Part shown: positions 1 through 13,730 of the stretch, piece after piece
How the letters are laid out: every line of letters begins with the position of its first letter
Numbering within the stretch: position 1 is the stretch's first letter
DNA from: Eledone cirrhosa
Taxonomy: Eukaryota
Assembly: GCA_964016885.1 (NCBI GenBank)
Contig: OZ024743.1
Location: 18,910,001-18,974,000 of the forward strand
Direction of reading: 5' to 3'
Length of the DNA: 64,000 bases
The notes under the pieces: generated by a model
Told to the model about the DNA's origin: nothing
The model's database searches: none
What the model saw: the letters and a program-made list of their open reading frames with translations, nothing else
Program-made: the position numbers and the translations under genes

Positions 1-860
1 CCTTTCGATGTTGACAGCTAATATTTACCTCCGTTCTATCGTTAATCGGTAGAGGTCCTGATAGAGTTATGTAATATGCTTCGGTAAGACAGAATTCACA
101 AGCTGTTCTTCGTCCATTGAACGGTTGTGCACTAGACAAGATATCCCATGTTAATGAGTGTTCAATGTTGCTTAATTTAAGGTTTTTAATTATCCTAGCT
201 AGAGATGTCGAACATCTGTTGTTAGGGTTTCGGAAGGAAAAGGGGTGCGCGTTATAGCGTACCTTAAAAGGGTTAGAGGTAAACCCGATATATGAGCTGG
301 TCTGGGAAGCAGTTTTAACCATGCACCTATAGACTATGTTGGGTGTCAGGCAATGTCCATTTAGTGGACATGCGTTCGGGTAACGGCAGTTGCAGTTACT
401 CCTGCGGTTAGTGAGAGTAGGGTTGTTTAACCTAAGCGGTTGGTCAGTGCTAGAAGGATAAGATGGGGGGAGGTGTGCTACTAACGTAAGTATTGATGTA
501 GTGGGTTGTGTATTTGTTGGGAGTGGTGGTACCGCGGTGTGGGAGTTATACTGTCTTAGTTTATGATTGTTACTGAATGCGATGTGGCTAGTCAGGTTTG
601 GTGTTGTGGAGAATGAGCTTTCAATGTTAATGTTATTAAAGAGTTTGTAATACCTATGGTTGGGGGTGGGTGGGGGTAGATAGGATAGAGAAGAAGCGTT
701 TAGGGATATTAGTGGTAAGATTAGATGAGAATGAGGGGTTAAGCCAGGTGTTATTTCTGGGCCTATTCCTTCTAGGGGTTTTAGTGGAGTTGGTAGGGGC
801 CTTCATAGGGTTATTATTACCTGTGGATTTGTTATTTGTCATCCCATTTCTCATTCCTAT
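1..860 (-). mobile_element. Penelope-like element ORF remnant (post-RT linker + GIY-YIG endonuclease), Nematis-like (tentative)
   Basis: Minus strand translates RRNRPRNNTWLNPSF (WxNPPF motif) and CNCRYPNACPLNGHCLTPNIVYRC...SYIGFTSNPFKVRYNAHPFSFR...WDILSSAQPFNGRRTACEFCLTE. Collinear with the ORF at 57538-58572; frameshifted. Confidence 0.85.
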
Positions 861-994
861 TCTGATAACAGCAACAACACCGACAACACCGTTTTTGGCA
901 GTAGCAACAGCAACAGCAGCAATAACAAGATCAGTAGCCGCAGTAGCGGCAGCAATAAAGGTGCTGCTTAAAAAGGGGCCACTTCTTTCGCAGG

Positions 995-3350
995 TGTGAT
1001 CCGAAATATAGAGACAGTGCTAATCACGGAGGAGGAGATGGCAGTCGCAAGAGCCATTGTGTCGAGAACAATAGTGTTTCCCTGAAACCTCCACCGGATT
1101 TCTTCAAAGACCAGTAGCTGCGCACGGTTACTGACCGCACCGTAAGCAAGATGTCACATCAGGTGGAGAGAGACACGGAGGCTCAAATCCAAAAGCGCGC
1201 AAAACCCACATCACCCGAAGCAAAAAGTACGCTACAATAGATCGATTGTCGCCACCCCACAACAGGCGAAGTCTCACTCTTTAGAACCCTAAAGTGGGAG
1301 GAGATAGTCTTGGTGCCCTCCTACTGCGGGCAGAAAATTGTGAGGGTCAAAGTGACCCAGGTCCCTCCCAACGAGACCATACCTGGCTGGCCGCCTCTGT
1401 ACTGGCTGGAATCGAGGGGAAGACCACCATACTGCAAATACAGAGAATGGGAAAAGCGAACTGGTCATGAATAGGCATGCAAATGCTAATACAGACTGAC
1501 CAGGAGTGTATCGAGGCCATCCCAGACATCAGAAACCTAGAAGAAGGGCTCCAGCTCCCTATAAGCGTGGAAGGAAGGCGCCCAAACTTCTAACTTTGTA
1601 GGCAGAAGACAGCCAAGAAGAGGGCTCCCCTCCTTCCGACGCCTGATCCGCTGCTATCAAGAGCTGGGCAGGCAACAGAGGCAGAAAACCCTTCCATGGT
1701 GAGTAGAATGGCAATGTCCGTGGCACCCATACCAAGGCCACGGACAACTAAAGCAGCAGCAACGGTGGCGGTAACACCAACAGTCGCAGTAGCTACACCG
1801 GCGAACTGGGATGCTTCAGATCCGTGTCAGCTTACGTCGAAGACCTCACCGTGGTGTTGTCGAGCTCCAAACACGTCCAGATGTTCGGCACCGCTCTCAA
1901 GGAATACGAAGCGATGACAGCAGCAAAACCAGGAAAAGTCAGTGGTCTTGCAACTCGGCACCTGGAGAGGCAAGACCATTCAGTCCGACAGCCTCGTGTG
2001 GCGCTGGACGGAAGGACCGGTTAAATTGCTTGGGGTTTGGTTCGGTCCGGACCTCCAGATGGAGAAAAACTGCAGCGAGGTGTCGAGCAGGGTGGCCTCT
2101 TTCACCCAGAAATGGGGCGAGAGGAGGCTGTCTCAGAAACGTCGCTTTTTGTGGAAGGGACGTGCTCCCATGGTCAGACGATCCATTTGCTGTCAACATC
2201 CGATGCGTGGAGGACTAGGCATGCCGTGGCTGATGATGCGCAAACATACGCTGAGGATGCGACATCTCTGGTGCTTCCTTGGCGGTGAACAGGTTTGGTC
2301 GCCGTTTGCCCGGCGCGCTTTTCCCCAGCTCGTCTCCTTGACGGAGCTGCACTCCTGGATCCAGAAAAGACCGAGGGATAGCGCTTGGAAGTTGGAATGT
2401 CTCTATGCGCTCACCGCCCTATACCGACTGGGCACTAGTATCGGTCGAACCACCACCTCGGCGTTCTATATGTGGCTAGTGGAGGGAAAGAGCGACGACG
2501 TTCTAGGGGAGACCCTGGGCGTCGAAGACGATCAGCTGTTCGCTCTCTTCAAAAGAACTTTCAGACCGGTGCCTATGGACAACTTCCAGAAATCCCTAGC
2601 CTGCGAGTGCTACCGGAGGACGTTGCTGGTTTGGGATAAGTTCTAAAGGCACGGAGGTACTGTCATCCGAGCCTGTCCGAGATAGGCGCAGGGCGACGAA
2701 AATGTCCTGCACGCACTCGTTCAGTTCCCGAGGATTGCTGACTTGTGGAGCTATGTCGAACCTCTACTATCGCGTGTATGATGGATCCGGTTATCGACTG
2801 TGTCCATTGTGCAGATAGCCCCGCCATCATTCGTTATAGAGGAGGAATGGCAAGCAGTTTTCATCTGCCATTTCGAAAGAGATTGTGTGGTGGACAAGAT
2901 TGAAATGGTTGAAGACGGACACTTTCCTCTCCGGCCAATCCCTGCTTAACTTTTTCAAGTTTCACTTGAAGAGGAACACCGGGGTGGAGAGGCAAGTGCT
3001 GTCTTCTAGTATGTTTGTTGAAAAGTGGGTGAAAGTGGCGAGTCTGGTCCGAGTGAACGGGCCCGCTCTGAGTATACGCCTGTAGACTGAGGAGTGGGAA
3101 AAGTGAGAGAGGCCGCTTGACCTGGTGGTCAGGGTGGCTGTGGTCTTTTGTGTGGTTTTCACCACGGGTGACCCTCGGAGGTTTCCCTCTTCCTGGGGAA
3201 TTTTTGTTGTTTGAATTTTTTGGGATTTCTAGCCCGATTTTGTTATAACCTGTTTACACCACCAAAACCCACTTTGTATCGTCCTGTACTGTTCTGTGCC
3301 GTCTCTAATGTTTTTCTTCGTGTCAGCCCTTGTGGCCAATAAACGAACCA
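995..3350 (+). mobile_element. Decayed Tx1/L1-like non-LTR retrotransposon (ORF1 remnant, internally deleted ORF2 with late RT and C-terminal region, 3' tail)
   Basis: ORF1-like IVLVPSYCGQKIVRVKV...IPDIRNLEEGLQLPISVEGRRP; RT 'SAYVEDLTV' (YADD-like), 'VKLLGVWFG', 'RRFLWKG...GGLGMP'. Tail 'cccttgtggccaataaac' runs into (ATT)n. Confidence 0.75.
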
Positions 3351-3377
3351 TTATAATTATTATTATTATTATATTAT

Positions 3378-3445
3378 TCGATAAAATAAAGTACCAGTAA
3401 TGTACTGTGTAATTGCTGGCCTTGTGCCAATAGAAGAGACAATTA
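3378..3445 (+). mobile_element. Short SINE 3' fragment (cephalopod-SINE-like, tentative)
   Basis: gataaaataaagtaccagtaatgtactg...tggccttgtgccaatag; the same sequence occurs at 28090-28152 (+) and 32573-32630 (-). Confidence 0.65.
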
Positions 3446-5299
3446 TTATTATTATTGTTATTTTTATTATTATTGTTGTTGTTGTTTCTTTCGTTTACTA
3501 TTCTACGCAGGCTCCAGCAAACATCCTTCCAAATGATTTTAAAAAAAGCATGGCAAACATTCTTGGATAGAATTGTGTACTCTCGTTTAGCTGAAGCATA
3601 ATATATAGGCAAAAAAATAAGACCTTAGACATGGCCCTCAAGAAAGGTGACTCCTTAATAGTTGGGTCTTTGGCCGAAATATTGTTAATATATATCGTAT
3701 ATTGCGCCTCCGAAAAGTGATTATTTTTCATAATGGAGGAAACATTGCACTCTCCTTCATCGAGCCAGAGCAGCAAAAGTTCGCAGGAAAAAAACATCTA
3801 CATTTTAATACTTTAGTTTAAAGAATTGTAATACTGCAATCAACAACATAACCATTACAACCACCACCGGCAACTTTATTACCTCTAAAGACAAGAACAC
3901 CGTCACCAAAAATGGCAACAGAAGCAACAGAAACAGTAACAACCTCAACAGTAGCAGCAACAAACAAATATCAGTAGAAACATAAATGTGCATTTTCGAA
4001 ACATTTTTTAATACTTCAAACTTTAGTTTAAAGCGATCTGGGGATCTATTTTTATATTTCCTTTTCCAATTAATCATATTTGTTGGTTTATATGCCTACC
4101 TAGTGTTGCCGGGTTTCTATGTATATTGATTTGTTGATAGGGAATGCTCGGCCCTTGTGGCCGATAAATGAAACATTATTATCATTATTCTCCCTATCAT
4201 AAAGTCAATTGTGGTGCCGTTGGTAGTGGGGTTAAATATGTTGTAGCTCGGAGTTGTTACTTCTTCAAATGATTCAATGGTGATGTTTGGGGGGATGAAT
4301 GTGGTGTTGACGGTGTAGATGTTATTGAGGCTGTTAGGATTGGTGAATTTTTAATATTTGTTTTTGTTTGTTATTTGTTGTTGTTGTGGGTGCTGATGTT
4401 TATGTCATTAGCTTGTTTTGACAGAGTGAAAGTCAGCAACATCAATCTATAAAAAATATTGCTGTCGTCTCTTCTTTTGAAGTCGCTAGAGCTGCTGTCA
4501 AATCTTATCATGTTAATTTTAAGAGCAAGGGTAGTGATACTATTTATGGTGGAGTTAATTTGTTTTTTCTCCTCACCATTTTTAGAAAACGTGCAACTCG
4601 TGAAAACTTATTTGTAAATTGATTACTTTTAAAATTCGAAAGATGTCCTTTGCCTCATTTGTCTCTGAACATTTCTGGACATTTCGACAATTAAGATTAC
4701 CTAAACGATGAAACACAATGTGTAAATGAAGTCGTCGAAATGAGAAACTAAAATGATCATATGGTTCGTTTATCAAACGTGTTGCAGATTGCTCGCTTTG
4801 TTTTTTTCCAGTGCTATCCAACATAGTTTTATTGAATATTTGTTATTATTTTATAATTAAACCAGCCTTAATGAGCTGGGTAGTTTATTTCTACCTGTAT
4901 AAATAGAGGGGCTAAATATCTGTATGTTTCTAAACACGCTTTTCAATTTATTTTCCAAAATAAGGTGACGAGAGACAACAAGACCTCCCCTGTGTTGATC
5001 GTGGCATCATAATAATCAGAACAGCGGGATGTCCTCCAACGTCATCACTGTCTCCACTATAGACATTGACAGCAGTATCAACAACAACAACAATTATGAA
5101 CTGAAATCACGTCAAAGTATTAAGACCGCCTCCTAAAAAATAATTAAATGAAACACATTAAAGACAAACAAACAAAAACTACTACAACTTCATCAGCAAC
5201 AAAAACAAATAACCATAACACAGACAACACTTATGCCGTCAACAAAAAAAGGACAATAACCACAAAAACAATGCATTTGTAGTAAACGACTGCCAAAGG

Positions 5300-5850
5300 A
5301 TTTGAAGTTTTTGTCTTCAAAGTTATAGCAAAACAGACATGTCGACCAAAAGCTGCCAAAGTATTGAAAGTAGAAAAGCCATGGGCTGACGGAACTCCAC
5401 CATACCGGGGATGATTGGCAGAAACGCAGAAAGACTGTGATTTAATACTGTGTGCACACAAGGTAGAAACCAGCGGAACCAGCAATGCCACTGAAAGACC
5501 TAATGCATGAGATACAGTATATTGTGCACACCTAGTGTCAGATAGTATGCAGACATTTGAGTGTTCTTTAACTGCTCCGGCAGTTAAACACTCCGTGTTA
5601 CCCTGTCTGAAACCCATGTTAGGAAGAAGAAGGTTAAGGTACACAGAATGTCTGGTGGTTCCTGGCCTGCACCGGTGTGGAAGTACCATTCTACATCAAA
5701 TCAGATGACACACACCGGAGCCAAGACCTCATGCACCTTCCGGAGGGGTTGAATCTGAATGCTATATTTGGAGGAAGAAGGCTGATTCTTTGAATTCTCT
5801 TTGGCAGAATTGTCAACTGACAGATTTCTGCCCTTTACAAAAGATAGGGA
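5300..5850 (+). pseudogene. Possible LINE ORF1 remnant
   Basis: Translation HLPEGLNLNAIFGGRRL resembles the ORF1-like motif at about 1520-1600; heavily decayed. Confidence 0.3.
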
Positions 5851-8119
5851 ACCACAAGACTAATTTGATGTCAACAACAAAAATACCAAATGTACAACAA
5901 CAACAGGGACACCAACATCGGTAGCACGAGCAACATGAACATCAAAACCAAAAACTGCAGCAACACCAACATCACTACCACCAGTATCAGTAGATGTACC
6001 ACCAAAGCCACAAGAAGACAGCGTGAAAAACAACTAGGGTGTCTCCCAGCAAACCTCTCACTTACCTCCTCCCTCCGTCTCCTCTAAACACAAACACACA
6101 AATCGAACACATTCTCATCCATATCGAGAAACATTTCGCAGACATCATTTCCTCCGCATTTCAAAGTGAAGATGAGAGGAAGCCTCCAAAAATAAGAAAA
6201 AAACGGACCACACAAAGAGCACCTTGCCTTATACAAGCACACACAGAGAAGACATATATTGCATCCCTACGCCACCTCTAGCAACACCATCGCTACTACA
6301 ACCACAATTACAGATAGAAGTGGTAGGGAGTTCAAAAGCCTTGAATACCTATTCAGGCATTTCCATCTACCTGACAGATACCGATTTGATTTCCATATTA
6401 CGCAAGTGTGGGCCTGGACCAATCGTAGAGTCTTACTTAGATCGTATGTTTATAGGTTTGTGATTAAGTTAGCAGATGGGGATAGCATACCTTGTTCACA
6501 AGTTCAAACGGTCACCTTTTCAGACATCAAAATCGGGCATGGTTGACCGAGATGGAACACGTAGCCAGGGGCTACTAGATGCTTAACACTAACTTCACAT
6601 CACGTAAAGCCTAAGGCGAATTGAGTAGTACGTTAGTTGATCACCAGTTAACAGGAGCAGTCAACAACAACAGATACTGTGGTGATATTAGGTGAGACAT
6701 TAGAGAAGAATTAATAGTAAAGGTCGATGTGGTATTGACGTCTTTACTCTTTGAGGTCATATTGCTGATTTCAATGTGCTAATTTTCTCTGTGAAGACTA
6801 GGCTTTTAAGAGCCGGTCCTTACTCGGATTTTCTTAGATACATCACTGGGCTGTGACACTTTTCTTAGGAGATAAGTGTCAACATTGCTCCATTACCCCT
6901 ATTTTTTTAGCGCTGCTGGCCCAGTGCAGCTTATTCTTCTACAAACAGCCTGCTTATATCGTAATAAAACAGCATATATGGTGGCCGTATCTACCGAGAT
7001 TTCTTTAATATACAAGTTAGATGAATATTAGTCCGCCTATTATTGTATACATTCAAGCTGTTTTACTCGTCCCTCCATTATAGAAAACGCAATTATACTA
7101 TACACAGCCTAAACCTAGCATGTTTAGAGACATTAAATATGTTCATTATTAATAACATCATTCCTATTCTGGCGCTTTACCCAAGCAATTTCTGTCACCT
7201 ATTCAAACTTATACAGCAAGGGTGTTAATTATTCACTTATTCAAATTTCTCTCATGTTGTTTCGTTTCACATTTATTTCTTCTATAATGTTTTTATTTTT
7301 TGTTTGTGTAAGTTCTCCATTGATCGTCTGATATATTTCTAGCTATGTTCAGAAAAAAACAAGATTTATTTGTTTCAAGTCATATTTCTCAGAATTTGGA
7401 ATAAGTTTGTCATCATGTGTCTAGCTTAACTTGTTGGAGTTTTCGTATTAATAACTGCAGCTGAGTCTACTTAATTCTTGCAGCAATATTCTTGTAATTC
7501 TTATTTTAAAAGGAATATCTAGGTTAGAGTTGCTGAAAAAATTAAAATGAATTGGTGTGAATCAATTTACTTTTTACATTGTACTGTGACCGACTTGAGT
7601 GTTTGTATTGCGACTAAATAACATGGGAGGGAACGATGTCATAGTATGTTAGCGGTGTCAATGAAATTGGCTTTTGCTGCTAAGAATCCAAACGACAAAG
7701 TTGTCTAACAGAAAGAATAATAGATTAGACTGTTGATTTTTACTGATTACGTGCTAAGACTTGCGGGCCCCATGGAGATCTGAATTCAATAGTAAGTATC
7801 CTGATAAATTTAAACCGTTTTCGTGATTCGTAATACAGTGTTCAAATCTTTCAGATATCAACAACATTGATGTTCTATCTGATTGGGATTATAGTAGTAT
7901 TTTGGATATAGATATATCTCATTTGCATGAGAATGTCAGTGTATATTTTGTTTATATTTGAAATCATTGGTAATTCAAATGTATCTCCATTCTTTGTACC
8001 GTTAAAATCATTCTCTGTGCATTAGGCTTTACACTGCAAAATCAGAAGGTTCTCATTAGCATTATATAAAATAAGCACTTTACAAATCAGATCACCAAAG
8101 TGAGTTGAAACCTCGTTTC

Positions 8120-8475
8120 AAATTGATAGGGTCCCGCGTAGTGTAGTGCAGCACTCTCTGAAGTATAGGACACCGAGCACTACCACCTTCTCTTGCCAAC
8201 GGATAGAATGGATGAAAAAGTTGCCCTGAAGGATAGCGACGGAGACGTTTTGTGATAGACAATCCAGCTTGCAGGATACAGTCCTTCGCATGGCCAATTT
8301 GACTTCCATATGGGAGAGAAGGGACGTAGTGCGGAAACCAATAACACCAGAAGTTACCTGCGCTACAGGTTCGACGACAAACTTATCGGCGAGCGGTCAA
8401 TATCTTGACAGCTTGCGATATTCGGCTTGTCGTGTAACGAAGCCTTTGCAGACAACGAATGAACATGTTTGCCCC
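8120..8475 (-). mobile_element. C-terminal restriction-like endonuclease remnant of a CRE/R2-group non-LTR element
   Basis: RQAEYRKLSRY*PLADKFVVEPVAQVTSGVIG...LSQNVSVAILQGN matches the AE.RK..KY...F.P.AVET.G..G...QR.S.AI.RGN pattern. Confidence 0.65.
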
Positions 8476-11400
8476 TGAACAATTGTTACTGAGTGCTGTG
8501 ATAATCAGTCCTATACATTGACAAAATAATACGAAATGCAAAATATAATGTTGAAATAAATCAAACAATATTAAACAATCTACAAACGTAGAAAAGTACT
8601 AAATGTTTCCATCGATGCTAGAAAAAAGTATCGTGAAAGATTAACCTGGGATAATAATTTGTACGAATTGAAAAAGAAAACAATGACAGTGTTGTTTCAG
8701 ACAAAACAAATGCTGGACGATTTTTCTTTTTAATTACAAATGTTGCCTCCAGTGCCTTCATTTCAAAGATATTCCGTGGATAAACAAAAATTAGAGTGTG
8801 TTAAACGAAATAAAATCATCAATAAATCATCTAAAATCTTATAATGTCCAATGTTAAAAATGCCAGGGGCAGCTGATGTAATGCGTTAATAGAAATTATA
8901 GATTATAAGACATGATTATTCGTCAATATTAGTATGAGAGAGATTTATGTGCGATGTATAAGTGTGTATGTTATTCACAGCATATATATTTCAATAGAAA
9001 TGTTAATAACAACTGAACACCAGTCAGCACTACACGAAAGTATATTCTTTCATGGGCTCAGCATTTATTCATTCATAGGGGGGTGCGTTATTCAGATAGA
9101 TTTACATTTGTAAAGTGCATCGTTGCCTAATACCATTTATGTTTTATGTCCATAAACTACTCTTTAGTTTATACCTGACAGTCTATATAACAATGTATAT
9201 ATTACTACGTAGTTACTGTATTCTGAAATATGTGCACTAAAATACTCAGTATGAGGAAGCCAAACTACCATGTCCTTTGTGGGTAACGCCAATCGCCGAA
9301 TTGAAAACAACTCATAGGTGTCGGTGACATTTTAGAACTTCACCAGTCGCATTCACATCTAGGTGTACAAGGCCTACTATATATTTTAGCCATTATATTG
9401 GGCATTACATAATTACGTTTGCATATTTCTGAAACTGATGTTTTAAATGTGCTTTAAATTACAGTTATCCCAATCACATGGGAGTAAAATACAATCGATT
9501 TTATACATTGTACCCAGTATCATTAGGGAGTGAAACGGATGTCAAATTCTTATCATTCAATTTGCTACAATTTGCATCAAGTCAAAAATAGTATTATCAG
9601 GATTAGTACATTAATTTCAACTGATAATGGATTATTTCGTAAAACAAATTTACCTATTCGTAACGACCGTATAGTTTATGTAGTAAAGAGCCATGTGTAT
9701 AAGCAACTAAACTAGACAGAAATGCCAGACAATAATTGAAATTATGAACTGGCTTAGCTTCAGCGTGGGGTAATACTTGTGCAAACATATTATAAGAGGA
9801 ACAGCTACCTGTAGCAGGCAATGTTAATGATGTTTTGAGTATGACATAATTCACTATATAGCCTCAAGGGAAATATATATTATTTAGATGTTGTTTAGTC
9901 CCAGCTACAATTTCGTCATGTTGGTTTATATCTGGTGATGTATATGTCTGTGTGTGGGTATACATGATAACTGTATATATTTCCCCCTTTCCTAAGCTGA
10001 TACTTCCACTGTCTCCTAGCGTAATGAGGTCACTGATTCCGTGAGAATAACAGAAAGCCTTTTTTCCGGTCGACGACGGCATATATCTATCTATCTATCT
10101 ATATATATATATATTTATATATATATATATTTATCACAACAAAATGTGGTGCAGTTAGAAGTCAGCTAACGCAATTTGCAAATTGAATTAGAACCTTATT
10201 CTCAATGTTTGATTACAGGGAATAGTGTAAAAACAACATCATATAATCCCCTGAACCGAAAACGATGGTAAACAGCAAACGTGAAGTGCACTGCTTTCTA
10301 TTGAAGAGTACAGGCGCTGATATTAGACTATTTTCTGTAGTCAAAACGTCTATTTCAGTGTTAATGTATATATATATATATACAATATATAATTAAAGGT
10401 TAAACAATTAATATTTTGAAGTAATATACAATATATATATATATGTGAGTGTGTATGTGGGGGGGGGGGGGGTATGAGTGTGTATTCGGTGTGTGTGTAT
10501 GCATGTATTTAGGAATATAATGATGTTAAGTAGGACTTCTTTGACACGTGGAGAATATAAATCAAACATCTGTATCTATTAATTAGATCATGATTCATCT
10601 GCTATAGTCATTATGTGTGAAATGTCAGACTGCTCATGTCTTAATGATTTAATTAGCCAATGTATATCATCTTAAATAAATAAAAAATATATAGACATAT
10701 GCTGTTGTGAGCGAGTAGTTTTAACCCTATACAACAAAGATAACGGTAAACAGGTGTTTTATTGTGAGTGCGCAACATATAAACTATATTTGATTTTCAT
10801 AGTGACAATACAACCTTGAAAATAGAATTTCAATAAAGTAATTGCATTCGATACTAAACTGAGCAGTTATTGAGCAACAACATATTTATCGAAGAGCTAA
10901 TGTTCATCTGCAGCAGAGAGCTTATATTGAACCTTTAGAAAATAAAAATATAAGACATAATTATATCCAGAAACGAGTATCGCGTATGAGGAAGAAAGAA
11001 AGGGAATTCTTTGGAATTCATTAAAAGAAAAAAAAGCTGCGAAAAGGCAAAGTTTACTGAATGTTTACGCAATGTTTAAATGAAACACATTTTGTAAGCT
11101 TTTCTGCAGCATTGAACAGCAAATGAAATTGCTACTTAAATAATGTATATGTCTAAATACAGCGAACTATAAAATGACAAATATTCCCATTTGACATAAG
11201 TTATTGGGGAAGTTAAATACTTCGGAAAAAGGCCGTCCAATAACATAGGACATTTATACGACAATATCGTGTAATAACATGCACGAAATACTTTTAAAGA
11301 TAATCATTTATCCCACATGATACAGCAGGTAAAGAATAACGATATATATGTATTATTGCCGTCGAGCAAGTATGACAAACCTCTAGCTGACGCACACACA

Positions 11401-11799
11401 TGTAGTTTATATGAATGATCTATTATAAGATATTTGCAAATGAACCTTGCGATAGAATTCTGTTCCACAATTATTAACGCTAGATTTCTAATATATTTAT
11501 GTTCACTTTCTTCAATTCTGAAGAGGCTTGTGTGAGTAAAGTTATAAGCAGATGCCATAGGTGCAGCGGGTAGCAGCGAAGAGGATACACAGTCTCGAGA
11601 AGGAGCAACAGCCCCGAAACAATTTTCGCCTGTTATCCTTCAGCTACCGCAGGAACAAAATGATGACGTAGGCATCTAGAGGACATACATATTATGAATG
11701 AGGCTGTTTTACTTGAAAACAACCGAATATAAATAATATTATTATAACATTATTATTATTCACACACAAATACACACGTTGATGTCTTAAGATCTTCTA

Positions 11800-13730
11800 T
11801 GAGAAAACACCAGGAATGGTCTGATCAAAGCAATTCAATTATATGCCTAACCTATAGATACTTTTGATAGTAGATAAAACACAACTTGAACGAAAGCCTA
11901 TAATGTTTGGACGCAGCAGGCATAGTTCTCACTTTGAAAGACGAATGATGCTTGGTGAACAGCTACATCTGCTGACTCACAAGAAGTTGCTGATTAAAAG
12001 TGCATAGGGCCGCTTATTATAGCATGAAGTATGTATATGGTCGGATGAAGAACTGGCCCAAATCCAGTTCTATCATCCGATGCTAAAATCATATACACAG
12101 ACAAATCTGAGATACTCTCTCGATCAAAGAAGCAGCTTGAAACGTTCCTCTATGCTTTGTCAGACGTAGAAGTAAACGTAATATCATCTATTCCACAAAG
12201 TTCAGTGGCACCCGAATTAGCATGCAACCCAAATTTGAATGAATTATAAACCACTATCAATCAACTATCATGCAATAAGTTTCCCAATGAAGTGGGTATC
12301 CCAGATGAACCTTTCAAATACGGTGGTCAAAACCTTGTTCTTGGTCCAAAAGTTTGGAAATCAAAAAGGTTGAAATATCCGTCAAGACTTTAAAGAGGCA
12401 TCTATCATATATATATTCAAGAACATAGGTAACATATCTAGCTGTGACATTTCTTGTGGCAACGCTCTTCTTATTATCGATGTGAATTACAGAATTACAG
12501 CCAGTCTAGTTGCTGATATCTACTATACAATTCAAAGTAGTTTCTGCACAGTTTCAGGTATATTGTCATGATATTCTCCCTTGAGAAGGTAATGGAGAAG
12601 TTTTGTGAAAAGTTACAGGAACTTATTATGCTTTTTGTCGACTTGACGAAAGCCTTTATCACAGTCAATCGTAAACTTCTCATGAAAATCGTCAAAATGT
12701 ATGGTGTATCTGACAATATTCTGAATGTCGTCGTTTACTTTCCTGAATGCATGAATTATACCAAATAGTCGATTATTTCAACCCTTTCGTCACTAACGTT
12801 TAGTGCCACGAACAGTACGAAGCAGTCTTCTTCGTGCTTCCTTTCCTCTTTGCGTTGTTTTTCTCTACAATTCTTCAATATGCATTTAACGACTTAGGCA
12901 ATAGTATCGAATTAGAATTCTATATATCACATGGGATATTCAATCATAACGTCTTATGGACGAAAGACTTACACGAACACGTGTTATTCGTGGTTTACTG
13001 TTTGCTGATAGTGCTGCAACACCCATAGAAGAGGTAGAAACATTAATGAATCGCTTATCGCTTGTCTGGATGACGTTTGATTTAACAATCAGCATTATAA
13101 AGAGTGAACTGGTACATTAACCAAATAAACCTCTCCAAGCAAGTTGATGTTATGCAGAGACAGCTGGGGCATGGACATCTCCATATTACCATCATAGCTG
13201 ATTCAAATTATCTCCTTCGCTTTTCTTGGGTGCAAAGTCAAACCCTCTGCACGATTGAGAAACTGGTGCTTTTTGCAAAATACATAATTGTCTATGGGAT
13301 ATCAGAGGTATATGCCTGAAAGTGAAAGTTGCATCTGCTTGTCATGTTGTGGTACTGACAACACTTTTATACAGCACGGAATCAATTACAAGTTTTATGA
13401 CTTCCAAAAGCCTTGCCTTCGGTTTATCTGTGGTAAATCACTTTCTGACTGAGTTTTCAATGCCGATTTGTTTACGAAGTGCAGCATCGGTGGGATCGTG
13501 TCAGTTCTCCTTCAATCCCATCTTAGATGGTCTGTTCATGTCCTGCCGATGACTGAAAGACGCGCGCCTAACTCATTGTTATACAGTGAACCTCATAATG
13601 ATGTACGTAATGTCGGCAGACCATTAGTCGTATATAAAGACAAACTGAAGTACAAACTTAAATCTGTGAACATACCTCTTATTTCATTTGAACCCTAGTT
13701 GCTGTCTGCCATGATGATATCAAGACATTT
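11800..13730 (+). mobile_element. Old RTE-clade LINE remnant
   Basis: MLFVDLTKAFITVNRKLLMKIVKMYG; VVLTTLLYSTES; LRWSVHVLPMTERRAPNSLLYSEP...RNVGRP...YKDKLK. Many stops and frameshifts. Confidence 0.75.

Noticed and set aside
4500-4830. Minus-strand 80-aa ORF as a PLE N-terminus
   Set aside because: No diagnostic motif.
11549-11679. GC-richer stretch reading DAIGAAGSSEEDTQSREG...* as a possible host terminal exon
   Set aside because: No recognisable domain, a weak splice acceptor and no partner exons.
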